Shown: positions 1 to 10,418, counted from the first letter of the whole stretch. The stretch: 63,998 nt of DNA, filler included, from a bacterium (GCA_027063545.1; 16 parts of 16 records of this genome joined end to end with filler, not necessarily neighbours in it); one strand, 5' to 3'. The notes: a model not told the origin generated them from the letters alone. Numbers and translations: made by a program.

Positions 1-188
1 GAGATGATATTTTTTCTATTCTGATAGCAAATATTAGAAGGGCAGAGGAATCTCTTAGGGTTTTAGAAGAATTAATAAAATTAAAATCTCCAGAAATTTC
101 TTTAGAAATAAAAAATAAAAGATATATTTTATACAATATAGAAAAACAAATTTTTTTAAGTTATAAAAAGAATTATGAAAAAAATTAA
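1..188 (+). CDS. ThiD2-like domain protein (ThiE N-terminal-like), 5' truncated
   Basis: Hand translation from nt 3: DDIFSILIANIRRAEESLRVLEELIK...KRYILYNIEK; the ANxxRAxESLRVLEE motif is typical of this domain. Not in the ORF track. Confidence 0.7.
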   Translation, partial: DDIFSILIANIRRAEESLRVLEELIKLKSPEISLEIKNKRYILYNIEKQIFLSYKKNYEKN

Positions 189-2652
189 TAGAGGGAAAAA
201 ATTATCAAATAAAACTCATCAAAAAAATTTTTATAGGGAAATAACAGGATTATTTTTATTATTCTTTAATATAATGCTCTTTTTATCATATCTTAGTTTT
301 TGGGGGGTTTTTGGGGAAAGAGAAGATAATACCCCATCAAAATTTTTATTAACCCATCATAAAAATATTTTAGGTAATTTAGGCGATTTTTTAAATTGGG
401 TTTTTATTAACCTATTTGGAAAATATATGTCTTTTTTCGTTATAGTTTTATTTTTCGTGGCAAGCTATAATATAATAAAGAATAAAAAAATAGATTACGT
501 TTTAAGAAAAATTATCTACTTTACTCTTTTAATAATTTTAGGTTGTGTGATTTTTTCTATCCCTATTTTAAGGGTAGAGAAGACAATCTCTTTTGATGAG
601 GGAGGAGGTTTTATTGGACATTTTATAGTAGATAATTTTTTAAGATTTTTATTTGGAAGAGAAATATTTGGAGCCTATCTTTTTATTGTCTTTCTTATTT
701 TAATATGGCTTGTAGTGGGGACTTCATGGAGTTTTCAAAATGCTTTTATTAAAATAGAGGAATTTGTAAAGAATAGTTATGAAAAAATAAAATCCGTTCT
801 TTTTTTTATTATTGATAAAATAGCAACATCAGGATATAATTTTGGAAGAACAATAGTTGCAGATTATTTTGATATGAAATATCCAAAACTTCCTTTTAAA
901 AAGATAAAAGCATACTCGAAAAATAGTTATGATAATACTAACAATAATAAAAGTAATTTAGATAAGATTATAGTTAAACTTGAGGATATAGCCAATAAAA
1001 TAGAAATAGAACAAATAGAAAATAAAGAAAAAAAGAAGATAGAAATAGAAAAGGATTTAATAAAAGAGACAATTGAAGAGAATTTTGATGATCAACCTAT
1101 TGATGATTTTCAACTCAATAAAAAAGATTTTAAGAAAATAGATGAGATAGAAGAAAAAGAGGAAGAATATTATGAATTTCCAAAATTAGACTTATTAAAT
1201 GAGCCTAAAAGAACAAATAAAATATCTCAGGAAGAACTAAAGGAAAATGGATATAAAATTTTAGAAAAATTAAAACACTTTAAAATAGAAGGAGAACTTG
1301 TTGGTATTATACCGGGTCCTATTATTACTAGATATGAAATAAGGTTAGCTCCAACAATTCCTGCTTCAAGAGTGAAGAGACTAGAAAATGATATAGCAAT
1401 GGCTCTAGAAGCTGAATCTGTTAGAATTATTGCCCCAATTCCCGGAAGGAATGCTATAGGAATAGAAGTTCCTAATAAAAAGAGGGAGATGGTATATTTC
1501 AAAGAAATAATAGATACTCCAGATTTTAAAAGTAGTAAATATAAACTACCGTTTGCTGTTGGTAAAAGAATAGATGGAAAACCTGTTGTTGTAGATTTAA
1601 CAGAAATGCCCCATCTTCTAATAGGAGGACAAACAGGAGCTGGAAAATCTGTAGGTCTTAATACTATAATAATGTCAGTATTATATTCAAAAACACCTTG
1701 GGAAGCAAGGTTAATTTTAATTGATCCTAAAAAGGTAGAATTTAGCATATATAGAGATATTCCCCATCTTTTATTTCCTGTTGTTACAGAGGCAAAGGAT
1801 GCTTTGGCTGCTTTAGAATTTGTTGTTGATGAAATGGATTCTAGATATAGAATATTATCTAAAGTAAATGTGAGAAATATTGATAGTTTTAATGAAAAAG
1901 CTCAAAAAGGATTATATAAAGATAATAAGGATGTCCCTAAGATATATAAGGAAAGGATGCCATATATAGTTGTTATAATAGATGAATTGGCTGATTTAAT
2001 GTTGTTATCTAAAAAAGAAGTTGAAGCATCGATTCAAAGGATAGCTCAACTAGCAAGAGCTGTTGGTATACATTTAGTTGTAGCTACCCAAAGGCCATCT
2101 GTAGATGTTATTACAGGGGTGATAAAGGCTAATCTGCCTTCAAGAATAGCTTTTAGAACAGCAACAGCTACAGATTCTAGGACTATTTTAGACCAGATTG
2201 GCGCAGAGAAGCTTTTAGGAAAAGGAGATATGCTTTTTTATAAAACAGGAGCTTTTGGTATAGAAAGAATTCATGGAGCTTTTATTTCTGAGAGAGAAGC
2301 AGAAGAGGTTGTTAAATTTATCTCTCAGAAAAGTTATAATATATTTAAAATAGAAGAAATTCCGGAAGAATATTATAATAATAAAGAAGATTCAGGTTCT
2401 TCTAAAGGTGGAATACTAACGTCAAGAGACGAATTGTTAGAAGAGGTTGCTAGAGAAGTTATAACATCAGGACAGGCTTCTGCTACTTTTATTCAGAGAA
2501 GATTTAGTTTAGGGTTTGCAAGAGCTGCAAAAATTTTAGATCAGTTAGAAATGCTTGGAATAGTAGGTCCATCTAAAGGCCCTAAACCTAGAGATATTCT
2601 TGTAGATCCAAGTTTTATTGATAGCGAGGAGTGGAAGAGTATTTTTCAATAA
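175..2652 (+). CDS. ftsK: DNA translocase FtsK
   Basis: N-terminal 4TM region, MPHLLIGGQTGAGKS Walker A, IIDELADLM, ATQRPSVDVITG and a C-terminal gamma domain. Confidence 0.97.
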   Translation: MKKINRGKKLSNKTHQKNFYREITGLFLLFFNIMLFLSYLSFWGVFGEREDNTPSKFLLTHHKNILGNLGDFLNWVFINLFGKYMSFFVIVLFFVASYNIIKNKKIDYVLRKIIYFTLLIILGCVIFSIPILRVEKTISFDEGGGFIGHFIVDNFLRFLFGREIFGAYLFIVFLILIWLVVGTSWSFQNAFIKIEEFVKNSYEKIKSVLFFIIDKIATSGYNFGRTIVADYFDMKYPKLPFKKIKAYSKNSYDNTNNNKSNLDKIIVKLEDIANKIEIEQIENKEKKKIEIEKDLIKETIEENFDDQPIDDFQLNKKDFKKIDEIEEKEEEYYEFPKLDLLNEPKRTNKISQEELKENGYKILEKLKHFKIEGELVGIIPGPIITRYEIRLAPTIPASRVKRLENDIAMALEAESVRIIAPIPGRNAIGIEVPNKKREMVYFKEIIDTPDFKSSKYKLPFAVGKRIDGKPVVVDLTEMPHLLIGGQTGAGKSVGLNTIIMSVLYSKTPWEARLILIDPKKVEFSIYRDIPHLLFPVVTEAKDALAALEFVVDEMDSRYRILSKVNVRNIDSFNEKAQKGLYKDNKDVPKIYKERMPYIVVIIDELADLMLLSKKEVEASIQRIAQLARAVGIHLVVATQRPSVDVITGVIKANLPSRIAFRTATATDSRTILDQIGAEKLLGKGDMLFYKTGAFGIERIHGAFISEREAEEVVKFISQKSYNIFKIEEIPEEYYNNKEDSGSSKGGILTSRDELLEEVAREVITSGQASATFIQRRFSLGFARAAKILDQLEMLGIVGPSKGPKPRDILVDPSFIDSEEWKSIFQ

Positions 2653-2658
2653 AATTTT

Positions 2659-2685
2659 TAAAGATCTTCAAGTTCTCTCCGATAT
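2659..2685 (+). promoter_or_regulatory. sigma28 (FliA) promoter of flagellin
   Basis: TAAA-N15-TCCGATAT (consensus TAAA-N15-GCCGATAA), about 100 nt upstream of flagellin. Confidence 0.85.
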
Positions 2686-2691
2686 ATTTTA

Positions 2692-2777
2692 ATAGGAAGA
2701 AATAGGAAATATAAGTAAAATTTAAAGGGAGCTCCCTTTAAAACAAGGAAGTAAAATCAAATTTAAACAAGGAGGTA
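2692..2777 (+). promoter_or_regulatory. Putative CsrA-binding GGA motifs in the flagellin leader
   Basis: Five GGA motifs: TAGGAA twice, AAGGGAGCTCCCTT hairpin, ACAAGGAAGT, and ACAAGGAGGT overlapping the SD. Confidence 0.6.
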
Positions 2778-2781
2778 CAAG

Positions 2782-3155
2782 ATGCGTATCAATCACAACA
2801 TCCCATCAATAGGCGCACAAAATGCATTATATTTCAGCACCTACCAAATGCAAAAATCAATTGAAAAGTTATCAACAGGATTAAGAATTAACAGAGCAAG
2901 TGATGATGCTGCAGGACTTGCCGTGTCTGAAAACTTAAGAGCAAGAATTCGTGGTTACAAAATGGCTGACAGGAACTCTCAAGATGGTATTTCTGCGCTT
3001 CAAATAGCAGAAGGAGCATTGAATGAAGTATCTTCTATTCTTCAAAGAATGAGAGAGTTAGCAGTAGAAGCAGCAACAGATACATTGACAGATACAGATA
3101 GAGGATACTTAAATCAAGAGTTTATAGAATTGAAGTCAGAAATAGACAGAATAGT
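2782..3155 (+). CDS. fliC: Flagellin, 3' truncated
   Basis: MRINHN...EKLSTGLRINRASDDAAGLAVSE...LQRMRELAV, the flagellin N-terminal domain. Confidence 0.96.
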
Positions 3156-3287
3156 NNNNNNNNNNNNNNNNNNNNNNNNNNNNNNNNNNNNNNNNNNNNT
3201 TAATTAATTAANNNNNNNNNNNNNNNNNNNNNNNNNNNNNNNNNNNNNNNNNNNNCTGTTAATAATATTAGAACTGGAGGTGAAAAT

Positions 3288-4958
3288 ATGAAAAAGATAG
3301 GGTTAATTTTATTATTAGTAGTTGGATTATATATTTATACAAAAGCAGATATTTTAATTGATAATTTTGAAGATGGAGATAATCAGACATTATTAGGTAG
3401 TCAAATAGGAGAAGGGTATTGGTTTGGATATACAGATAAGAATGATAATGGGAATTCTACAATAACTCCAGATGTGACAGAGCCAGGAAGTTTTAGTGAT
3501 GCTATATCAGATGATGCAGGTTATAATGGTAAGGGAGTACATGTAACATTTAATTTAGGTGATGCAATTCAATATCCATATGCAGCTATAGGTTTTAATA
3601 TAGGAGAAGAGGGCGAGTATTATGATTTAAGTAAAATGGAGAGTTTTGAGTTTTGGGCAAAGGGTAGTGGAGAGATTTATGTATGTTTTAAGACATATGC
3701 AACAGATAATACAGGGACATGGGGTGATATGATATATGATTTAGTTTTACCATCTACATGGACAAAAATAATTATCACACCAAATGATATAGTACCAGAG
3801 CCATGGAGCGAAGATGAGAGTGAAGGTTATACATGGAGTAGCGATGGGGTAGGAAATAAGGTAACAGCAATACATTTTAAAGCAAAAGGAAATGCAGGGG
3901 ATCAAATAGATCTTTATTTAGATGAAATAAATCTTCTAGGTGTTACAATAGAAGATCTTACAGGTTCATCTACAACAGATTCTACAGGAGATACTACTTC
4001 TACAGAAGACGATAATACAACAGCAAGTTCTGATACTTTATGGATAGATGATTTTGAGGATGGGGATAATCAGACATTATTGGGAGCACAGATAGGAGGT
4101 GGATATTGGTATGGGTATACAGATAAGAATGATAATGGGAATTCTACAATAATTCCAGATGTAACAGATAATTTTACAAGAGCAATATCTTCAGATGGTG
4201 GATATAATGGAAATGGAGTTCATGTAACATTTGATTTAGGAGATGGATATGATTATCCATATGCAGCGATAGGGTTTAATATAGGAGAAGAGGATGAGTA
4301 TTATGATTTAAGCAAGATGGAAAGTTTTGAGTTTTGGGCTAAAGGAAGTGGTGAGATATATGTATGTTTTAAGACTTATGCAACAGATAATACAGGAACA
4401 TGGGGAGATATGATATATGATTTAGTTTTACCATCTACATGGACAAAAATAATTATCACACCAAATGATATAGAGCCAGAGCCATATAGTGATGATGAGC
4501 AAGCGGGTTATACATGGAGTAGTGATGGGGTAGGGAATAAGGTAACAGCAATACATTTTAAGGCAAAAGGAAATGCAGGGGATCAAATAGATCTTTATTT
4601 AGATGAAATAAAGATGTTAGGTGTATCACCTGAGGATTTAGGTATTGCAACAAAAGTTAAGGAAAATGTTGTTAGTAAGAGTGTTATTTCTCTTTCAGAA
4701 GCTACTCCAAATCCATTTAATCCTATAACAAATATTAAATTTACTGTTATCCCTGGTAAGAAAGCTAGTTTAAAGATTTACGATGCTGTAGGTAATTTAG
4801 TTAAGGTATTATATAATGGTATACCAATAAAATCTGAATATAACATTAAATGGGATGGAACAGATAGTCAAGGTAATAAAGTTCCAAGTGGAGTATATTT
4901 CTATAGATTATCTCAAAATGGAGTTGTTTTAACCAAATCTGTAGTATTCATGAAATAG
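3288..4958 (+). CDS. Secreted protein with two tandem CBM11/CIA30-like domains, an S/T linker and a C-terminal FlgD-Ig/T9SS-like sorting domain
   Basis: Signal peptide; two IDxFEDG...GYW(F/Y)GYTD...FWAKGSG...LYLDEI repeats; PNPFNPIT...WDGTD...SGVYFYRL C-terminus. Confidence 0.8.
   Translation: MKKIGLILLLVVGLYIYTKADILIDNFEDGDNQTLLGSQIGEGYWFGYTDKNDNGNSTITPDVTEPGSFSDAISDDAGYNGKGVHVTFNLGDAIQYPYAAIGFNIGEEGEYYDLSKMESFEFWAKGSGEIYVCFKTYATDNTGTWGDMIYDLVLPSTWTKIIITPNDIVPEPWSEDESEGYTWSSDGVGNKVTAIHFKAKGNAGDQIDLYLDEINLLGVTIEDLTGSSTTDSTGDTTSTEDDNTTASSDTLWIDDFEDGDNQTLLGAQIGGGYWYGYTDKNDNGNSTIIPDVTDNFTRAISSDGGYNGNGVHVTFDLGDGYDYPYAAIGFNIGEEDEYYDLSKMESFEFWAKGSGEIYVCFKTYATDNTGTWGDMIYDLVLPSTWTKIIITPNDIEPEPYSDDEQAGYTWSSDGVGNKVTAIHFKAKGNAGDQIDLYLDEIKMLGVSPEDLGIATKVKENVVSKSVISLSEATPNPFNPITNIKFTVIPGKKASLKIYDAVGNLVKVLYNGIPIKSEYNIKWDGTDSQGNKVPSGVYFYRLSQNGVVLTKSVVFMK
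3351..4640 (+). repeat. Intragenic tandem domain duplication (offset about 681 nt)
   Basis: For example, GATATGATATATGATTTAGTTTTACCATCTACATGGACAAAAATAATTATCACACCAAATGATATAG is identical at 3726 and 4407. Confidence 0.9.
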
Positions 4959-4985
4959 AAATGGACTTTTTAAATAATTATCTAG

Positions 4986-5023
4986 AAGCCCTTCCTTCAA
5001 TTTCTTGAGGGAAGAGCTTTTTT
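4986..5023 (+). terminator. Rho-independent terminator
   Basis: AAGCCCTTCCTTCAA-tttc-TTGAGGGAAGAGCTT followed by a T run. Confidence 0.75.
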
Positions 5024-5039
5024 ATTTTATTTTTATTGC

Positions 5040-5825
5040 ATGGATATTTTAGAGAAGATTTTTTCTAATACTAAATTGAAGTTAGAGGAGAAAAAAAAAG
5101 TTATTCCTTATAAGGATCTAGAAAAAAAAGAGAGAAAAAGGGAGTATTTTTCTTTTAAAGATAGTCTTCAAAAAAAGGATCAAATAATAAATCTTATAGC
5201 AGAGATAAAAAAAGCTTCTCCTTCCAAGGGACTTATAAGAGAAGATTTTAATATAGAGAAAATTGCTTATTGTTATAATAAAAGTTCATTTGTTAAGGCT
5301 GTTTCTATTTTAACAGAAGAGGATTATTTTTTAGGAAGTATTAAATATTTATCCTTAGGAGGAGAAATTTTAAAAAAGCCTATATTAAGAAAGGATTTTA
5401 TTTGTGATGAATATCAAATACTTGAGGCTTATGTATATGGAGCAGATGCTATTTTATTGATTTCTACTTATTTAAAAAAGAATGAATTAGAAAGACTATA
5501 TTATTTTGCTAGGGATTTAGGATTAGATGTACTATGTGAGGTTCATGATGAAAAAGATTTAGATAAATCATTAGAGGTTGGTGTTGATATTGTTGGTATA
5601 AATAATAGGGATTTAAAAACTTTTAGGGTTGATTTAAAAACCTCTTTAAAGTTAGTAAAATATATACCAGATGACAAGGTAAGGGTGAGTGAAAGTGGTA
5701 TTTTTACATATAATGATATAAAACTATTAAGCGAAGCTGGATTTAATGCAATTTTAGTAGGCGAGTCTATTATGAGAGAAAATGATATAGAGGGTAAGAT
5801 AAATGAGTTATTTGGTATTTCGTAA
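5040..5825 (+). CDS. trpC: Indole-3-glycerol phosphate synthase
   Basis: IAEIKKASPSKG, LRKDFI, GINNRDL, VSESGI. Confidence 0.96.
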   Translation: MDILEKIFSNTKLKLEEKKKVIPYKDLEKKERKREYFSFKDSLQKKDQIINLIAEIKKASPSKGLIREDFNIEKIAYCYNKSSFVKAVSILTEEDYFLGSIKYLSLGGEILKKPILRKDFICDEYQILEAYVYGADAILLISTYLKKNELERLYYFARDLGLDVLCEVHDEKDLDKSLEVGVDIVGINNRDLKTFRVDLKTSLKLVKYIPDDKVRVSESGIFTYNDIKLLSEAGFNAILVGESIMRENDIEGKINELFGIS

Positions 5826-6395
5826 GGTTTGTGGAATTACAAATTTAGAGGATGCAAAATTTATATCTGAAACAAATTTTTTTACTCATATAGGTTTTAT
5901 TTTTTATGATAAATCTCCAAGAAATGTAGATTTAATAGAGTTAAATTCAATATTTGAAACTATAGCTTATTATTCAATAAAAAAAGTAGCTGTAGTAGTA
6001 AATCCAACACAGGAGCTAATAGATAAGATATTAGATTTCCCTTTTGATTTTATTCAGTTTCATGGAATTGAGGATTCAAAGTTTGTAGAAACTATTTCAG
6101 AGAAAAAGATGATTCCATATATAAAGGTTTTTCACAAAGATAAAATGAGATTAGATGATTTAAAAGAATATAAGAATGCTTATGCTTTTTTAATTGATGC
6201 TTCAAAAGGTGATAAATGGGGTGGAACTGGAGAGGTTTCTGATTGGGGATTAATAGATGAGTTGAAAAAAATAAAGAATGAGATTATTGTTGCCGGAGGT
6301 TTAGGTCTTAATAATTTAGATAATCTTTTATCAAAGTATAAAGAAAAGATTTGGGGTATAGACTTAAATAGTGGTGTAGAAGAGAAACCAGGAAA
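5803..6395 (+). CDS. trpF: Phosphoribosylanthranilate isomerase, 3' truncated
   Basis: KVCGIT, SPRNV, QFHG, GGTG, AGGL, DLNSGVE. Confidence 0.93.
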
Positions 6396-6495
6396 NNNNN
6401 NNNNNNNNNNNNNNNNNNNNNNNNNNNNNNNNNNNNNNNTTAATTAATTAANNNNNNNNNNNNNNNNNNNNNNNNNNNNNNNNNNNNNNNNNNNN

Positions 6496-6943
6496 CTATA
6501 ATTATGAAAGGATTAATTATAGGTTTTTAAATTACAATAATCTTTTTGTAAATTTAGATGATAATAATTGGGATAGTACAAGAATGGATTTATCTTCTAT
6601 ATATAATACAACATTTTATATAGATTTTTCTAATTTTAGTTTTGATTCAACTTATAATATAAAGAAGGTTGAATTTTACATTTATTCTCATATAAAAGAT
6701 ATAGAACCAAAATATGAAGATTTAATAGATACTTTAACTGTAAGCTTTAAAGGGGTATATTCTGTAAATTATGTTAATATTTTATGGCGAGATTCTATAT
6801 ATACTGAATGGACTTCTTGGGCTGTTAATGCTATAAAGAAAAAAGAAAGTATATTACTATATCCTTATTTTACAAAGAGATTTTTATATACCATAGAAAT
6901 AGATTCTATAAAAATAAAACTGGATTTAGCTTATTATGAATAG
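6496..6943 (+). CDS. Hypothetical protein, probably 5' truncated
   Basis: ORF near the contig start overlapping the next gene; no motif recognised. Confidence 0.55.
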
Positions 6944-8090
6944 AATAGGTAAAATTATACTAATTTTAAGTATTTTATTTATATCTAATTTTTCTTATGG
7001 AAGCAGTTTGCTTTATATAAACTCGAAATTTCCATTAGAGCTTAATACAACTACGGACTTATATTCTAGGAGTCAGGATCCTCTATTAGTTGTAAAAAGA
7101 GAAGATGGTAATTATATAAATAATCCAGCATTAATAGCATCACAAAATAAGGTTAGTTTTAAATATAGTTTTATTAATAATATAACTTTTTATAATTTCA
7201 ATAATTATAGTCTTACAAGTTTCAACTATAAGTTATATAATGATATGATAAATATTACTCTTCCAGTAAAATATATAGGAGTATTAAGCTTTAACTTCTA
7301 TTTACCTTATCAGAATAATGTATCGATAAAAGACACTATTTTATCGCAAAGTATATATTTAAATGGTAGTTTGGCAAGATTAAATTTTTTATTAGCAAAA
7401 ACTTATAAAAATTTTTCTCTGGGATTAGAGACGGGAAAATATATTGGTAGTTATAATACTGATGTATTTTATATAAGTAAAGATTCTTCCTTTTGGGCAG
7501 CAAGATACACAGAAGAAAACTTTTTTGATAAAAATTATAATAGAATAGATTTTTTAAAAATAGGAGTTTTTTATAAGTTTAAAACCAAATTATATTTGGG
7601 AGGTTATTACAATAAAGATTTCGATCAACAGATAATAAAAACAATATATAGATCCTCTTTGAGTTATTATGGTACTGATATATCAACATTTTTTTCTAGA
7701 GATACTTCTATAATAAAATTCAACAATACTTATTCATTTGGTATAGGTTACAATATATCAGATGATATGTTTTTTACGATATCAGGTATATATAAAGGAA
7801 TTATATCTGAAGGTAAATATTCAAGATTAGGAATAGGTTATTCAGTGGGAAAAAAGTTAGAAGAAAAAGGAAATATAAGTTTAGGTTTTTTGTATAACAA
7901 TATTAAAAATTATGGGCTTGATATAAATGAGTATTCAGCTATATTAGGGCGTAGTTTCCCTTTTGGAAGAAATAGGTCCAGAGTAGATTTATCTATAGGA
8001 GCTTTGTATAGAATAGATAAAAATTATAATAAAGAAATGAAGATTTTTACTTCTGTAGGTATTGTTGGTTTTGATAAATGGGGAAGATAA
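6936..8090 (+). CDS. Putative outer-membrane beta-barrel (FadL/PorV-like)
   Basis: Signal peptide, NNPAL motif near the N-terminus, alternating hydrophobic beta strands, C-terminal W. Confidence 0.55.
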   Translation: MNRIGKIILILSILFISNFSYGSSLLYINSKFPLELNTTTDLYSRSQDPLLVVKREDGNYINNPALIASQNKVSFKYSFINNITFYNFNNYSLTSFNYKLYNDMINITLPVKYIGVLSFNFYLPYQNNVSIKDTILSQSIYLNGSLARLNFLLAKTYKNFSLGLETGKYIGSYNTDVFYISKDSSFWAARYTEENFFDKNYNRIDFLKIGVFYKFKTKLYLGGYYNKDFDQQIIKTIYRSSLSYYGTDISTFFSRDTSIIKFNNTYSFGIGYNISDDMFFTISGIYKGIISEGKYSRLGIGYSVGKKLEEKGNISLGFLYNNIKNYGLDINEYSAILGRSFPFGRNRSRVDLSIGALYRIDKNYNKEMKIFTSVGIVGFDKWGR

Positions 8091-9148
8091 AGAGAAGACC
8101 AACAAGAGTAGTATATGTTGGTGATGTTGGTATAGGTGGAGATAATAGGATAGTTATTCAGTCAATGACCAATACTCCCACAAAGGATGTTTCTAAAACT
8201 CTTAATCAAATAAATAAACTTTATGAATCAGGATGCGAAATAGTTAGAGTTGCTGTTCCTGATGATGATTCGTTATATGCTTTAAAAGACATATGTAAAA
8301 ATTCTCCAATTCCTGTAGTTGCAGATATTCACTTTAATTATAAATATGCTATAAAGGCTATAGATTTTGGTATTAGTAAACTTAGAATAAATCCAGGGAA
8401 TATAGGCGAGATATGGAAGGTAAAAGAGGTTGTAAAAGCAGCTAAAGAAAAAAGAGTTCCTATAAGAATAGGAGTAAATGCCGGCTCTTTAGAAAAGGAT
8501 ATTTTACAGAAATATGGTCATCCAACCCCGGAAGCTATGGTTGAAAGTGCTTTAAGACATGTACAAATTTTAGAAGATTTAGATTTTTACGATATAGTAA
8601 TATCTTTGAAAGCCTCAGATATATTAACTACTATAGAAGCATATAAACTTATGGCTCGAAAAAGGGATTATCCATTACATATAGGTATTACTGAGGCTGG
8701 GACGATTTTTTCAGGTGCTGTAAGAAGTGCTGTGGGATTAGGTATATTACTTTATGAAGGTATAGGTGATACAATAAGAGTTTCTTTAACAGGTGATCCT
8801 GTGGAAGAAATAAAAACAGCTTTTCTAATTTTAGAAGGGTTGGGTTTAAGAGAGGATTTTGTTAGAGTTATTTCTTGTCCTACATGTGCAAGAGCAGAGA
8901 TTAATGTGGAGGATTTAGCAAAAAAGGTAGAAAATGCGCTTATTGGATTTAGAAAAAATTTACATGTTGCTGTTATGGGTTGTGCGGTGAATGGTCCAGG
9001 TGAGGCTAGAGAGGCGGATTATGGAATAGCAGGTGGAAAGGGAGAGGGATTAATTTTTAAAAAAGGAAAAATTATAGGTAAATATAAAGAGGGTGAACTG
9101 GTCGAAAGATTACTTGAAGTAATAAAAAAAGATAAAGATAATGGATAA
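8078..9148 (+). CDS. ispG: HMBPP synthase
   Basis: IQSMTNT, VADIHF, RINPGN, RIGVNAGSL, SCPTCAR, VMGCAVNGPGEA. Confidence 0.97.
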   Translation: MGKIKRRPTRVVYVGDVGIGGDNRIVIQSMTNTPTKDVSKTLNQINKLYESGCEIVRVAVPDDDSLYALKDICKNSPIPVVADIHFNYKYAIKAIDFGISKLRINPGNIGEIWKVKEVVKAAKEKRVPIRIGVNAGSLEKDILQKYGHPTPEAMVESALRHVQILEDLDFYDIVISLKASDILTTIEAYKLMARKRDYPLHIGITEAGTIFSGAVRSAVGLGILLYEGIGDTIRVSLTGDPVEEIKTAFLILEGLGLREDFVRVISCPTCARAEINVEDLAKKVENALIGFRKNLHVAVMGCAVNGPGEAREADYGIAGGKGEGLIFKKGKIIGKYKEGELVERLLEVIKKDKDNG

Positions 9149-9332
9149 TAAAAAAGATAAATTAGATGAACAATTAAGAGAACGACTTCTTAAAGAATTA
9201 AAATTTAAAGTAGAACATGCTTTTTCTTTAACTCAAGAAGGATATTTATTATCTGATATTCAAATGATAGATTATCTTCTTTATTTAACACTTACAAAAT
9301 TTTCCCGAGAGGAGAAGAATTATAATATATGA
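9141..9332 (+). CDS. Small hypothetical protein
   Basis: 63-aa ORF overlapping both neighbours. Confidence 0.55.
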   Translation: MDNKKDKLDEQLRERLLKELKFKVEHAFSLTQEGYLLSDIQMIDYLLYLTLTKFSREEKNYNI

Positions 9333-9627
9333 AGGTTTTGGTAATAATGTTGAATAATCCGGGTGATATAGTAATGGCAACAAGTGTAGTTAATAGATTA
9401 ATAAATGAAGCTCATGATGTTAGTTTTTTAATTAGCGAAGAAAATAGAGAGATTTTTGAGAATAGAAATAATAGTTTTAATTTACTTTTATATCCAAGAA
9501 TAACAATAAAGAGTAGATTTTATAATGATAACTATTTACCTAAAGATATATTGAATGATTTTATTTTTTCTTTAAAAAGAGAGAATTTCGATTTTATTTT
9601 AAATTATTACCAAGGTAATGAAAGTTC
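9329..9627 (+). CDS. Glycosyltransferase family 9 (heptosyltransferase-like), 3' truncated
   Basis: MKVLVIMLNNPGDIVMAT...LKRENFD pattern. Confidence 0.7.
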
Positions 9628-9727
9628 NNNNNNNNNNNNNNNNNNNNNNNNNNNNNNNNNNNNNNNNNNNNTTAATTAATTAANNNNNNNNNNNNNNNNN
9701 NNNNNNNNNNNNNNNNNNNNNNNNNNN

Positions 9728-10358
9728 CTTTGAAATAGCAAAAGAATATATATTGAAATCTCTTACAAAGAGTGATGATGGTTTTATATCTAAGTATCTT
9801 AATAGAAAAATATCAATTTTTATATCTAAATACATAGCTTTAAATGATAATATAACACCAAATTTAATTACTATATTTACTACTTTATTAGGATTCTTTT
9901 CTTCTTTACTGATAATAAATAAAAATATAGTAATAGGAGGAATTATAGCCCAATTAGCTTCTATTTTAGATGGTTGTGATGGAGAGGTAGCCAGAATAAA
10001 TAGAAGAAGTTCTTTAAAGGGGGCTATATTAGATAGTATATTAGATAGATATGTAGATATCGCTTTATGGAGTAGTTTATATGTCTATATATATTTAAAT
10101 TATGGTTTTAAACTGATAGATATATTATCTTTAATATTAATATTGTCTATTAATATTATGATAAGTTATTCCTATCATCTTACTAAAATAAGGATAAGAT
10201 ATTTTTCAAGGGATATAAGAATATTCGTTTTTATGCTTATAACTTTTTTAATGGAGTTTTTTAATATATTATATATAAGATATTTTCTTCTAATGTTGGG
10301 TGTAATAGGACATATATTTCTTTTAATTCATATTTTAATATATTTTAAAAATAAATAA
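9728..10358 (+). CDS. CDP-alcohol phosphatidyltransferase, DIPP-synthase-like (likely the C-terminus of a bifunctional IPCT/DIPPS), 5' truncated
   Basis: KSDDGFISKYLNRKIS linker motif, ITPNLIT, DGCDGEVAR...GAILDSILDRYVD. Confidence 0.75.
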
Positions 10359-10418
10359 TTTAGTTTAATCTAAGGTTTTAATTTATTATATTTAATAATT
10401 ATATCAAGGAGTAGAGGT

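Noticed and set aside
1227-1748. Antisense and alternative-frame ORFs inside real genes (e.g. 1227-1748, 11433-11663, 18334-18600, 36112-36474, 45042-45305, 61947-62204)
   Set aside because: Shadow ORFs overlapping well-conserved genes, with no motifs.
3156-3255. Recurring N44-TTAATTAATTAA-N44 motif (15 copies)
   Set aside because: Artificial contig spacer with stops in all six frames. It is not a biological repeat or CRISPR, and ORFs ending in X...N or LIN are truncation artefacts.
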